From assembly GCA_945876745.1 (NCBI GenBank), contig CAMCPL010000008.1, forward strand, positions 8,757 through 72,756: a stretch of 64,000 nt of DNA. Direction: 5' to 3'. The notes under the pieces are model-generated. The model had not been told where the DNA came from. It made no database searches and saw only the letters and a list, made by a program, of their open reading frames with translations. Every line of letters begins with the position of its first letter. Positions within the stretch are counted from its first letter, which is position 1. This DNA comes from an uncultured Clostridia bacterium. GTDB taxonomy: Bacteria > Bacillota > Clostridia > Oscillospirales > Acutalibacteraceae. Positions 44,283-54,767 of this stretch are shown here, in pieces. Made by a program: the position numbers and the translations under genes.

Positions 44283-47200
44283 ATGTTTACTCATCTTCAT
44301 TTGCACACACAGTTCAGCTTGCTTGACGGCGCTTGCCGTTTGAGCGAGCTTGTTTCGCGTGCAAAGGAGCTTGGTATGACCTCCCTTGCAATAACCGACC
44401 ACGGCAATATGTACGGCGCAGTCGATTTTTACAGGGAATGTAAGAAGCAGGGCATAAAGCCGATTATCGGCTGTGAGGTTTATGTTGCACCGAGGAGCAG
44501 ATATGATAGGGATAAAACGCTTGACGGAAAATATAATCATCTTATTTTGCTTGTGAAAAATGAGGTTGGCTACAAAAACCTCATTAAGCTTGTGTCGAAG
44601 TCGTACACCGAGGGCTTTTATTTCAAGCCGAGAATTGACAGAGATTTGCTCGAACAGTACAGCGAGGGGCTGATATGTCTTTCGGCTTGTATTGCAGGCG
44701 AAATTCCGCAGCTTATTTTGCAAAGGGATTATGACGGCGCAAAGCGTCAGGCATTGTGGTATAACAGTATTTTCGGCGACGGCAATTTCTATTTGGAAAT
44801 TCAAAATCACGGCATTGAGCAGGAAAAGACTGTGCTTGACGGTCTTGTAAGGCTGTCACAGGAGACAGGCATACCGCTTGTTGCAACAAACGACGTTCAC
44901 TACGTCAACAAAGCCGACGCCGATATTCAGCAGGTGCTTATTTGTATTGCGACTAACCATATTTTAGGCGAGGATACGGGGCTTGAATTTCATTCGGACA
45001 ATTTTTATCTTAAAGACGAAAATGAGATGAGCGCTCTTTTTTCGCAGTATCACGGGGCTATCGAAAATACGCAGGTTATCGCCGAGCAATGCAATTTCGA
45101 TTTTGAGTTCGGCAACACGAAGCTGCCGTATTTTGCAACGCCCGATAATATGAATCATTTTGAATATTTCAGAAAAAAGTGCTATGAGGGAATGAAGGAA
45201 AGATACGGCGAAAATATCCCTCAAAGCTATATTGACAGGCTTGAATATGAGCTTGAGACTGTTGATAAAATGGGCTATACCGACTACTATCTAATTGTTC
45301 AGGATTTCGTTGCTTTTGCAAAAAGCAGGGATATTCCCGTAGGCCCCGGCAGAGGCTCGGGCGCAGGCTCGCTTGCGGCGTACTGTATCGGAATAACCGA
45401 CCTTGACCCGATGAAATACGACTTGATTTTTGAGCGCTTTCTCAATCCGGAAAGAGTGTCGATGCCCGACTTTGATATTGACTTCTGCTACGAAAGACGT
45501 CAGGAGGTTATTGATTATGTTACCGAAAAATACGGTGCCGACCACGTTGCGCAGATTGTGACCTTCGGCACCTTGCAGGCGAGGGCGGCTATTCGTGACG
45601 TCGGCAGAGTTATGGGCTTGCCGTATAACAGAGTTGACGCAGTTGCGAAGATGATACCGAACAGCCTGCACATAACTATTGACGAGGCTATCGAAAGAAG
45701 TAAGGAGCTTAAAGCGGCTCTTGAGCAAAGCGAGGATATAAGACGGCTTATTGACACGGCACGCAGGGTTGAGGGTATGCCGAGAAATACCTCGACACAT
45801 GCGGCGGGCGTTGTTATCACTCACGATGAGGTTTCGTCCTATGTTCCTCTTGCAACGAATGACGGTCTTGTCGTAACGCAGTACATTATGACAACTCTTG
45901 AAGAGCTCGGACTGCTCAAAATGGACTTTTTAGGTCTGAGAACACTTACGGTTATCGACTCGGCGGCAAAGGCGTCGGGCGTTGATATAAACAGTATTCC
46001 GATAGATGACCAAAGAGTTTACAGGCTTTTTGCACAGGGCAAAACAGAGGGCATTTTCCAATTTGAGTCGTCGGGAATGAAGCAAATGCTGATGAATTTG
46101 AAGCCGACGGCGTTGGAGGATTTGATTGCCGCAACCTCGCTTTACCGTCCGGGTCCTGCTAACCAAATTGACACCTTTGTTCATAATTCAAATAATCCGC
46201 AGGATATAAAATACGATACTCCTTTGCTTGAGCCGATACTGAAAAACACCTACGGCTGTATGGTTTATCAGGAGCAGGTTATGCAGATTTTCCGCACTCT
46301 TGCAGGATATAGCTACGGCAGAGCAGACGTTGTGCGCCGTGCAATGAGCAAGAAAAAGCACGACGTTATGGAGCGCGAAAGAACAACCTTTATCGACGGC
46401 TGTGTAAAAAATAATATTTCGAGCGAGCTTGCAAACGGTATTTTCGACAAAATGACCGACTTTGCCTCCTACGCCTTTAATAAATCCCACGCCGCCTGCT
46501 ATGCCTTGGTGGCTTACAGGTGCGCTTATCTGAAAACATATTACCCTGCACAGTTTATGGCTGCGCTTTTGACCTCGGTTTTGGATAATTCAAACAAGGT
46601 TGCACGCTATATTGCGGAGTGCAAAAGGCTCGGTATTCGCCTTGCACCTCCCGATATTAATAGCTCAATGAAGGGCTTTACGGCGGCGAATGACAGAGTT
46701 ATTAACTACGGTCTTTTAAGTATAAAAAACCTCGGAAACGATTTTATCGAGGCGATTATTAAGGAAAGAGAAAGCCGTGAATTTAAGGATTTGAACGACT
46801 TTTGCACGAGAATGCAGGGCTGCAAATTCAATCGCAGGGCGGTTGAAAGTCTTATCCGTTGCGGCGCACTTGACACCCTCGGCGCAAACAGAAAGCAAAT
46901 GCTTCAGTCACTTCCTACTCTGCTTGGTGCTATCGAGCAAAAATATAAGAGCACAATGTACGGTCAGGTCGGACTTTTTGACCTCGGCGACAGCTTTGAG
47001 GAAAAGTTCGAAATGCCTGACGTTGAGGAATTTTCAGCCTCCGAGCTTTTGCAGATGGAAAAGGAAATCACGGGACTTTACCTTTCGGGACACCCGATGG
47101 ATAAATACGACGCATTTATTGAAAAATCGCGTTGCCGCAGAACATACGAGGTTTTGGAGGCAGGAGCTACGGGAAGCGAGCTGAAGGACGGCGACAGAGT

Positions 47201-47717
47201 AACCCTTTGCGGAATTATTACTCATATAACCGTTAAGCAAACGAGAGCAAGTAAGGCGAATATGGCATTTGTAACACTTGAGGATTTGTACGGCACGGTG
47301 GAGGTAATATTGTTTCCGAATGTCTTTTTGAAATACGCTTCATTGATAACTCAAAATAATGTTATTGCGGTCAGCGGTAATTTGAGCGTTGAGGAGGAAA
47401 AGGACGCAAAAATCCTTGTCAACACCGTGATTAAGCCGACCGTTGTCAGCTCCGCTTCAAAGCAGGAGAATACGCCGAAAAAGAAAAAGCGTATAGGTCT
47501 GTTTTTGAAATTCAGCGGCAGAGACGATGAAAAAATCAATTCGGCTATGCAGCTTCTTGCCGAGAACAGAGGCGATTTTCCGCTGTATTTTTACTACGAG
47601 GACGAAAAGAAATACGACCTTCGCAACAGTGCAGAGTTCGTTTCGCCCGACGGCAATCTCATTTTTGCGCTCAAAAAGCTGCTTGGCGATGCGAATGTCG
47701 CACTTATAAGGCAGTAA
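44283..47717 (+). CDS. dnaE: DNA polymerase III alpha subunit
   Basis: PHP domain HLH.HT.FSLLDG; GPGRGS; PDFDID; KMDFLGL; FNKSHA; OB domain. Confidence 0.98.
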   Translation: MFTHLHLHTQFSLLDGACRLSELVSRAKELGMTSLAITDHGNMYGAVDFYRECKKQGIKPIIGCEVYVAPRSRYDRDKTLDGKYNHLILLVKNEVGYKNLIKLVSKSYTEGFYFKPRIDRDLLEQYSEGLICLSACIAGEIPQLILQRDYDGAKRQALWYNSIFGDGNFYLEIQNHGIEQEKTVLDGLVRLSQETGIPLVATNDVHYVNKADADIQQVLICIATNHILGEDTGLEFHSDNFYLKDENEMSALFSQYHGAIENTQVIAEQCNFDFEFGNTKLPYFATPDNMNHFEYFRKKCYEGMKERYGENIPQSYIDRLEYELETVDKMGYTDYYLIVQDFVAFAKSRDIPVGPGRGSGAGSLAAYCIGITDLDPMKYDLIFERFLNPERVSMPDFDIDFCYERRQEVIDYVTEKYGADHVAQIVTFGTLQARAAIRDVGRVMGLPYNRVDAVAKMIPNSLHITIDEAIERSKELKAALEQSEDIRRLIDTARRVEGMPRNTSTHAAGVVITHDEVSSYVPLATNDGLVVTQYIMTTLEELGLLKMDFLGLRTLTVIDSAAKASGVDINSIPIDDQRVYRLFAQGKTEGIFQFESSGMKQMLMNLKPTALEDLIAATSLYRPGPANQIDTFVHNSNNPQDIKYDTPLLEPILKNTYGCMVYQEQVMQIFRTLAGYSYGRADVVRRAMSKKKHDVMERERTTFIDGCVKNNISSELANGIFDKMTDFASYAFNKSHAACYALVAYRCAYLKTYYPAQFMAALLTSVLDNSNKVARYIAECKRLGIRLAPPDINSSMKGFTAANDRVINYGLLSIKNLGNDFIEAIIKERESREFKDLNDFCTRMQGCKFNRRAVESLIRCGALDTLGANRKQMLQSLPTLLGAIEQKYKSTMYGQVGLFDLGDSFEEKFEMPDVEEFSASELLQMEKEITGLYLSGHPMDKYDAFIEKSRCRRTYEVLEAGATGSELKDGDRVTLCGIITHITVKQTRASKANMAFVTLEDLYGTVEVILFPNVFLKYASLITQNNVIAVSGNLSVEEEKDAKILVNTVIKPTVVSSASKQENTPKKKKRIGLFLKFSGRDDEKINSAMQLLAENRGDFPLYFYYEDEKKYDLRNSAEFVSPDGNLIFALKKLLGDANVALIRQ

Positions 47718-47721
47718 GTAC

Positions 47722-47750
47722 TTGACAATATAGGCAATATTAAGTAAAAT
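47722..47750 (+). promoter_or_regulatory. sigmaA promoter of pfkA
   Basis: TTGACA-17bp-TAAAAT. Confidence 0.7.
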
Positions 47751-47826
47751 AGATATGTTTATTATTTATATTGTAAGTACAAAATTTTGAAATATTGTTG
47801 ATTTTATACTGAATGGAGGAAAAAAT

Positions 47827-48792
47827 ATGAAAACGATTGCAGTATTAACAAGCGGAGGAGACGCTCCGGGTATGAATGCCGCTGTTCGTGCGGTAGTAAG
47901 AACTGCTTGTGAAAACGGAATTAAGGTATACGGCGTTATCAGAGGCTATAACGGACTTATCAACGGCGATTTTATTGAAATGGATTTGCGTTCTGTTTCC
48001 GATATCATCAACCGCGGCGGTACAATTCTTTATTCCGCAAGAAGCGTTGAGTTTGCTACCGAGGAGGGTATGCGCAAGGCCATTCGCACCTGTCAGGAAA
48101 AGGGTATTGAGGGTGTTGTTGTTATCGGCGGCGACGGTTCATTCAGAGGCGCTCGCGATTTGAGCGAAAGAGGTATTCCGTGCGTAGGTATTCCGGGTAC
48201 TATTGATAACGATATCGCTTGCTGTGACTACACTATCGGCTACGATACCTGCCTTAACACTATTATGGAAATGGTTGACAGACTTCGTGATACTGCCGAG
48301 TCGCATGACAGATGCTCGGTTATCGAGGTTATGGGCAGAAGAGCAGGCTATCTTGCGCTTAATGCAGGTATTGCCTGCGGTGCAACCGCTATTCTTATTC
48401 CCGAAATTCCGTTTGATATCGAAAAGCACGTTATCGAAAGAATGAGAAAGACCCAAAAAACAGACAAGAAGCACTTTATCATTATCGTTGCAGAGGGCTG
48501 TGACGTTGATTGTGCCGAGCTTGCAAAGCTTATTCAGGAGAAGACGGGCGTTGAATCGAGATCGACTGTTTTGGGTCATGTTCAGCGTGGCGGTTATCCG
48601 ACTGTTAAGGATAGAGTTATGGCAACACGTATGGGCAACTATGCCGTTAAGCTTCTTATGAACAATATCGGCAACCGTGTTGTTGCGGCTCAAAAGGAGG
48701 ATGTTGTTGACTTTGATATTTTTGAGGCGCTTAATATGAAAAAGAGCATTGATATGGAGCTTTACAACATCGCTCACGAGGTTTCAATCTAA
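47827..48792 (+). CDS. pfkA: ATP-dependent 6-phosphofructokinase
   Basis: TSGGDAPGMNAA; GGDGS; PGTIDND; EVMGR; LGHVQRGG. Confidence 0.97.
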   Translation: MKTIAVLTSGGDAPGMNAAVRAVVRTACENGIKVYGVIRGYNGLINGDFIEMDLRSVSDIINRGGTILYSARSVEFATEEGMRKAIRTCQEKGIEGVVVIGGDGSFRGARDLSERGIPCVGIPGTIDNDIACCDYTIGYDTCLNTIMEMVDRLRDTAESHDRCSVIEVMGRRAGYLALNAGIACGATAILIPEIPFDIEKHVIERMRKTQKTDKKHFIIIVAEGCDVDCAELAKLIQEKTGVESRSTVLGHVQRGGYPTVKDRVMATRMGNYAVKLLMNNIGNRVVAAQKEDVVDFDIFEALNMKKSIDMELYNIAHEVSI

Positions 48793-48859
48793 CCTAAAAT
48801 ACAAAAAATACGGTTTAAGGCAGACAGTCTGAAATATGGCTGTCTGTTTTTTGGATAGA

Positions 48860-49696
48860 ATGATGAAGAAAAGAAAGAATATAAAAAGAAAAAACACAAG
48901 GCGAAAATCGGGCAATACAAGGCTAAAAAGAAAAGCAAGAATTATAAAAAGGAGCAAATGCATTTTAGCCGTTTTGTGCGCTGTGTTGCTTGTTGTAACG
49001 ACGGCTTTTGCAATAGCGCAGGGCAATAAGCCGAGACGCTCGCCGAATGTACTGCTGAATATGGACAAGGACGTTGTTTGCGGCGTCGACCTGTCGCATT
49101 TCAACGGCGAGGTTGATTTTGAAGCGCTTAAAAGCGAGGTTGATTTTGTCATTCTTCGGGTAGGATATACAGGTTATTCAAACGGAAAAATCAACGCCGA
49201 CGATAATTTTAAGGAATATGCCAAGGCGGCGAATGACGTCGGCTTGCCTGTCGGAGTGTATTATTATTCGCAGGCAACGAATAAGTCCGAAGCAAAAGCC
49301 GAGGCTAAATTCGTACTTCGTCATATAAAGAAATACGACGTTTCCCTGCCCGTGTTTTTTGATTTTGAATTTGCCGAAAAGGACGGCGAAAGAGTGGGTA
49401 GACTTCATGAGGCAGGCTTAAATGCCACGGAAAATACCGAAATAGTAAACGAATTTTGTAAAATTATCGCCGACGACGGCTACGATTACGGCGTTTATGC
49501 GTCATCCTCGGTGCTTTCAAATGAGCTTAATACAAACGAGCTTGACAAAAACGCTTATATTTGGGTTGCCGATTACAACAAAAAGGTGACATATTCGGGC
49601 AAATATAACCTTTGGCAGTATTCAAATACAGGCAGATTTGACGCAGTTTCAAACGGTGAACGAGACGTCGATTTGAATTATTGGTACATAAAATAG
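48860..49696 (+). CDS. GH25 lysozyme/muramidase with N-terminal membrane anchor
   Basis: Basic N-terminus plus TM; GVDLSHFNG; FVILR.G; GVYYYSQA; DFE (DxE); WQYS..G; start revised to 48860. Confidence 0.88.
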   Translation: MMKKRKNIKRKNTRRKSGNTRLKRKARIIKRSKCILAVLCAVLLVVTTAFAIAQGNKPRRSPNVLLNMDKDVVCGVDLSHFNGEVDFEALKSEVDFVILRVGYTGYSNGKINADDNFKEYAKAANDVGLPVGVYYYSQATNKSEAKAEAKFVLRHIKKYDVSLPVFFDFEFAEKDGERVGRLHEAGLNATENTEIVNEFCKIIADDGYDYGVYASSSVLSNELNTNELDKNAYIWVADYNKKVTYSGKYNLWQYSNTGRFDAVSNGERDVDLNYWYIK

Positions 49697-49885
49697 AAAT
49701 CCGTCGGGTTGGTGCATAAAACAACTATTGTTGTGCCGATAACCGCGTTGAAAAACTGAATAATATTGATAAAAATGCTGTCGGTTTATGTCGGCGGCAT
49801 TTTTTTCTTTTATTACGCAGCAAAGTGTGCTATAATTGGTTTATAATATATAATTTTAGATTTACCTTTGGTAACGGTGGGATAT

Positions 49886-52288
49886 ATGAAAAGATTTTTT
49901 TGCTTTATTGCGTCGCTCATTTTGGCGCTGTCGCAATGCGTTTATGCTTACGCCGGAAGCGAAAGCACGCTTGATATAACGCTTTCTTCTGCAACTGACG
50001 TGTCCGATACTCTTTACGGAATTTCGTTGGAGGGAAGCGGTCTCGGTCTTGAAGCGGGGCTCGGTGCGCAAATGCTTAATAACGGCTCGTTCGAGTATGC
50101 CGACAATAACGAATACGCCTGGGAATTTGACGGACTTGACAGAACGCTTTCCAATCAAAAGCCGATGAACAAAAGCAATACTGTCTATGAGGTTTTGAGC
50201 GTTAAGGGAAACGGCTTTTTGCGCAATTTGGGCTTTGTTCAGCCGTTTGACGACAAGGGGAATTATTCCTCGTCGGCTGTTTCACCCTCTATATATTTTG
50301 AGCAGGGCGTTACGTATGAATTTTCGTGTTGGATGATGAATGTTGATTTTGACGGAAATATCAGCGTTTATCTTGATTCAAAGCAGAATAAGCACGAGGC
50401 TCAGGCTATTGATATCGACCTTATTAAGAGTGACAAATGGACGTATGTCAGCGCAAAGCTGACTGCCGCAGAAAGTGCGACCGGTGCGTTTGTTATAAAA
50501 TTCGGCGGCAAGGGAAGCATTTGTATTGACAGCGCCTGCCTTGTTGCGCTTGACAGCTACGGATACGGCAAGGAGGAATGGAAGTATTCCTCACTTAATA
50601 AAAATGTTTTTCAGGCAATAAAGGAGCTTGCTCCGTCGTTTGTCGTTATCCCCGATGTTACGAGGCTGAAAAGCGAAAACAGCGAGTATTATTGCTGGAA
50701 AAATACTCTCGGTGCGCTTGAACAAAGACGGCAAAGCACAAATGATGACAACGATTACGAAAACGGCGTTTGCTCAAACTATTCGGCGTATTTAGGCTAT
50801 CACGAGTATTTTCAGCTTTGCAGTGAGCTTGAAGCAATGCCGGTTGTTCAAATCAACGCAGGAATTGCAAATCAGCAAAGTAGCGAGTATGAGGCTTATT
50901 TGCAGGCGATTAACAAAACATATATGACCGACGAGCAGTTTGAAGCGTATCTCATACAGCAGTACGGCTATAAAAAAAGCGAGGTCGCCGAAAGAATAGA
51001 ATATATTAATTCTCTCGGAGTAAATACAAAGGCTGATTTTGACGCTTACGTCAGCAGTATTTCGCTTTCACCCGATACCGACGAATTTGCAAATTTTGCA
51101 CAGGATATTCTCGATTTAATCGAATATGCAAACGGCGACAGCGAGCAAACCTATTGGGGCAGCTTGAGAAAGCAAAACGGAAACGAAAAGCCGTTTGAAT
51201 TAAAGTATATTCAAATCGGTGCGAATAATTACGGCGAAGCGTACTGGCGAAATTTTGAAGCGCTCAAAAAGATAATTAACGAAAAATATCCCGATATTAT
51301 TATTCTTGCCTCAGGCGGTGAAAACGGCGACGGCGAGGCTTTTGATACGGCGGTGAACAAAATCAATTCCGCTTTTTCCGATTGTATGCTTTCCGAAAAG
51401 CTAACAGGCACGAAGCAAAAAACGCTTCATTCCTCACGTACACGCTTTGACAGCTATTCACGAAGCAATGCAGGCGTGATAGCAGGCTTTTCGAGCTCTG
51501 CGTTTGAAAAAGGAAGCGACAGCGTTCAAAACAATGCTTTTAATGCGGCTGATTGCGCTTCGTATATGCTCGGCGCAGAGAAAAACGGCGATGCGGTAAA
51601 AATGATTTACTATACCGACCTGCTTTCAAAATTCAACACTTCTCAAAAAAGTCGGTCGCTTATTTGGTTTGATAACGAAAAGGTTACTCTCACTCCCGAA
51701 TATTTTGCTCAAATGCTTTTTGCAAATAATGTTGCCTTGCAGAATACAAACGCAGGTCTTTTTACGGATAACGACGAAGTTTCGAGCTGCGTTTCCTTTG
51801 ACGAGAGTACACAGAGCGTATATGTAAAGCTCGTGAACACCGGCGGCAAAAAAGAAAAAATACGTGTTAATTTAAGCGGTACTGACGGTATTAACGCAGT
51901 ATCGGCTCAAAGTATTTTTTCGCAGTACAAAACGGCGAAAAATACCTCCGATAAACAAAATGTATCACCTACCCAAGAGGATATTGAATTTGAGGGGAGC
52001 TCCTTTGTTTACGAAATTCAGCCGTACAGTGCAAGCGTAATACGAATTGCCTACGGCAATAACGAGGGTATGAGCTTTTACACCTTGAATGGTGATACCG
52101 ATTCTCAAACGAAAGGCTATGTTTCTATGTCAGTAAAAATGTTTATTCTTATGGTTGTGTTGATATTTGTCGCAACAACCGTGATAACCTATCTTGTTTA
52201 TTCAAAAACAGTTTTGAAGGGTAAAAAATTCAAGTTTAATTTCAAAAAATCGGGAAGAAAAAAGGGCAGAAAAAACGATGAGCAGTAA
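49886..52288 (+). CDS. GH51 alpha-L-arabinofuranosidase-like surface protein, probably non-catalytic
   Basis: Signal peptide; LYGISLE..; NGSFE; GYHEYFQLC; P.WG.LR..NG..PF.LKY; C-terminal TM plus basic tail. Confidence 0.72.
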   Translation: MKRFFCFIASLILALSQCVYAYAGSESTLDITLSSATDVSDTLYGISLEGSGLGLEAGLGAQMLNNGSFEYADNNEYAWEFDGLDRTLSNQKPMNKSNTVYEVLSVKGNGFLRNLGFVQPFDDKGNYSSSAVSPSIYFEQGVTYEFSCWMMNVDFDGNISVYLDSKQNKHEAQAIDIDLIKSDKWTYVSAKLTAAESATGAFVIKFGGKGSICIDSACLVALDSYGYGKEEWKYSSLNKNVFQAIKELAPSFVVIPDVTRLKSENSEYYCWKNTLGALEQRRQSTNDDNDYENGVCSNYSAYLGYHEYFQLCSELEAMPVVQINAGIANQQSSEYEAYLQAINKTYMTDEQFEAYLIQQYGYKKSEVAERIEYINSLGVNTKADFDAYVSSISLSPDTDEFANFAQDILDLIEYANGDSEQTYWGSLRKQNGNEKPFELKYIQIGANNYGEAYWRNFEALKKIINEKYPDIIILASGGENGDGEAFDTAVNKINSAFSDCMLSEKLTGTKQKTLHSSRTRFDSYSRSNAGVIAGFSSSAFEKGSDSVQNNAFNAADCASYMLGAEKNGDAVKMIYYTDLLSKFNTSQKSRSLIWFDNEKVTLTPEYFAQMLFANNVALQNTNAGLFTDNDEVSSCVSFDESTQSVYVKLVNTGGKKEKIRVNLSGTDGINAVSAQSIFSQYKTAKNTSDKQNVSPTQEDIEFEGSSFVYEIQPYSASVIRIAYGNNEGMSFYTLNGDTDSQTKGYVSMSVKMFILMVVLIFVATTVITYLVYSKTVLKGKKFKFNFKKSGRKKGRKNDEQ

Positions 52289-53261
52289 ACGAAAAATAAC
52301 CTTTATTTCTTCGGTGACAACTCCCGAACGTGCTTACGAAAATATACCCGAACTAAAGGATTTTGACGTAAAGTTTTTCCAAATGCACGAAAGCAGTAAA
52401 AGGGTAATTTCCGAGGCGCCCGATACGGAATTTATTATTGCAGACGCTATGGGCAGGGTTGACGGCGAGCTTATCAGCTCACTCAAATCCCTGAAGCTCA
52501 TTCAGTCCGAGGGCGTCGGCTATCAGGGAATCGACCTTGAGTGCGCAAGACGGTGCGGCGTTACGGTTTGCAACAACAAAGGAATTAACGATACGGCAGT
52601 TGCCGAATGTACCGTGTTTTTGATTTTGGCGTGTCTGAAAAATTATGAAAACGGCGTTAGAGCAATGTATGATGGAAAGCAGATTGAAGCAAAAAAAGCG
52701 GCGTTCGGCGTTACGAGAGAGCTTTGCGAGTGTACCGTCGGACTTGTCGGCTTCGGTGATATTGCAAAATGCACGGCAAGGCTTCTCAACGCTTTCGGTG
52801 CAAGAGTTATTTATACAAACCGCACGAGAAAAGCCGAGCTTGAAAAGGAATACAATGTTGAATACGCCGACCTTGATACGCTGATAGAAAGCTCGGATTT
52901 TGTGTCGCTTCATCTTGCCTCTTGCGAGGAAACGAGAAACACAGTCAACGCTTCTTTTCTTTCAAAAATGAAAAAAAGCGCATATCTTATAAACACCGCA
53001 AGGGGAGATTTAGTCGATAACGAGGCATTGTATAACGCACTCAAAAACGGCGAAATCGCAGGTGCAGGGCTTGATGTAATCTCACCCGAGCCGGTACAGG
53101 CAGACAATATTTTGCTTTCGCCGGACATAAAGGACAAGCTTGCGTTAACCCCTCATATCGCAGGAATTACAAGCCTTACCGTAAAAAAGCTGTACAGACA
53201 ATGCTTTGAAAATATAATCAGGGTTATAAACAACGAACAGCCGATAAATATCGTGCTTTGA
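52278..53261 (+). CDS. D-isomer-specific 2-hydroxyacid dehydrogenase
   Basis: GVGY..ID; GLVGFGDI; INTARG; LDV...EP; TPHIAG. Confidence 0.9.
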   Translation: MSSKRKITFISSVTTPERAYENIPELKDFDVKFFQMHESSKRVISEAPDTEFIIADAMGRVDGELISSLKSLKLIQSEGVGYQGIDLECARRCGVTVCNNKGINDTAVAECTVFLILACLKNYENGVRAMYDGKQIEAKKAAFGVTRELCECTVGLVGFGDIAKCTARLLNAFGARVIYTNRTRKAELEKEYNVEYADLDTLIESSDFVSLHLASCEETRNTVNASFLSKMKKSAYLINTARGDLVDNEALYNALKNGEIAGAGLDVISPEPVQADNILLSPDIKDKLALTPHIAGITSLTVKKLYRQCFENIIRVINNEQPINIVL

Positions 53262-53270
53262 GGTAGAAAT

Positions 53271-54767
53271 ATGAGTGAAAAAAATAAAGCCGACGAAATA
53301 AGATATGTCGGCGTTAAGGAGAATTTAGCCTACGGCTTTGCGAATGCAGGTCAGGTTTTCGGCTATAACCTGTTTGCAGGCTCGTACCTTTCGATGTTTT
53401 TTGTAAAGGTGTTCGGTATTCCGTCACAGGCGGTTGCCACTATGATACTTGTTTTAGGTATATGGGACACGATAAACGACCCGATTATGGGCTCAATTAT
53501 CGACAAAACGAGAACTCGCTACGGAAAGCTTCGACCGTATCTCATTTTGGTTCCGCTTCCACTTTCGATAATAACCGTTGTTTTTTGGTCGGGACCGCTT
53601 CTTATGCAGAATGTTGCCGACGTAACGCTTAAAACAATATTTATGTATATTTCCTACTTTGTTTGGGAATTTTTCTATACGATAGGCGACGTTCCGTTTT
53701 GGGGAATGAGCACGGCAATTTCGCCGTCGCCGTCCGACAGAACGAGAGCAATTTCGTCTGCACGCTTTATTTCCGGACTTATCGGCGGACTTTCGGGTAC
53801 AATTCTTCCCGTGCTTATCGACTTGAGCCAGAATAATGTAATCGGCTGGAACCTAAAGCAGGTATTTGCGTTTATGGGGCTTCTTGCAGGAATTTTTGTA
53901 ATCGGACTTTTCTCGCTTGCAGGAATTTTTACAAGAGAGCGTGTCGTTCAGTCTGTTCAGGAAAACAGCATTTTCGACGGCTTTAAGTATTTGTTCAAAA
54001 ATAAGCCGTTGATGATGATAGTGCTCAGTAATGTTCTCGGAACATTATCTTCGGTTGCGGGTGTTTTCGGAAATTACTATTATAACGAGGTTTTGAATAT
54101 GATGTCGCTCAGCCTCGTTGTCGGACTTTTCGGAACACTCAGCGGTTACGCCGCTTATGCATTTTTGCCAAAGATTAAGAAAAAGCTTGATAATCGTCAG
54201 ATAATTTTTATGATTTCGATTATAAGAGCCGTTGTCGGAACGCTGACCTTCCTGGCAGGATATAAATACTACGATGTTTGGTATGTCGCAATTCCGATTT
54301 TAGCAATTCAAAATATCTTTTTCGGCTTTTTTGGTACGGTGAATATGATTGTGCCGACTGAAATGATAGGCGACACGGTTGATTATATGGAATGGAAAAC
54401 CGGAGTAAGAAACGAGGGTATCAGCTTTTCGGTGCTGACCTTTGTCGGAAAGCTTACCTCGTCTGTTTCAACCTCCGTTGCAACGGCACTTTTGCCGCTT
54501 ATCGGATACAGCGTTGTGAATAATACGCTTGCCGACGGAACTGTTGAAACGATAGCCACTTGTACCTCTGCCGGAGGTCATCCTACGCAGTTTTGGCTTT
54601 GGACATTCTTCACCGTTGTGCCGAATGTCTTGGGATTAATCAGTCTTTTGCCATTCTTCTTCTATGATTTAAGAGGCGAAAAGCTGAAAAAAATCAGAAG
54701 TGATATGAAAGTGCGCAGAGCCGAGCTTTCAAAGCAGGTTTCGGGAGGTGAGTCGGTTGAAGAGTAA
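53271..54767 (+). CDS. GPH-family (MFS) sugar:cation symporter
   Basis: WD.INDP.MG.IIDKTRTR.GK.RP; D.VDY.EWKTG.R.EG. Confidence 0.9.
   Translation: MSEKNKADEIRYVGVKENLAYGFANAGQVFGYNLFAGSYLSMFFVKVFGIPSQAVATMILVLGIWDTINDPIMGSIIDKTRTRYGKLRPYLILVPLPLSIITVVFWSGPLLMQNVADVTLKTIFMYISYFVWEFFYTIGDVPFWGMSTAISPSPSDRTRAISSARFISGLIGGLSGTILPVLIDLSQNNVIGWNLKQVFAFMGLLAGIFVIGLFSLAGIFTRERVVQSVQENSIFDGFKYLFKNKPLMMIVLSNVLGTLSSVAGVFGNYYYNEVLNMMSLSLVVGLFGTLSGYAAYAFLPKIKKKLDNRQIIFMISIIRAVVGTLTFLAGYKYYDVWYVAIPILAIQNIFFGFFGTVNMIVPTEMIGDTVDYMEWKTGVRNEGISFSVLTFVGKLTSSVSTSVATALLPLIGYSVVNNTLADGTVETIATCTSAGGHPTQFWLWTFFTVVPNVLGLISLLPFFFYDLRGEKLKKIRSDMKVRRAELSKQVSGGESVEE

Noticed and set aside
49700-49775. Hairpin after GH25 loosely resembling a TPP riboswitch (GGTGC..GCCGATA ACCGCGTTGAA..CTGAA)
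   Set aside because: Key CUGAGA and CCUGAU motifs do not match, no thiamine genes follow, and it lies upstream of a terminator that precedes the next promoter
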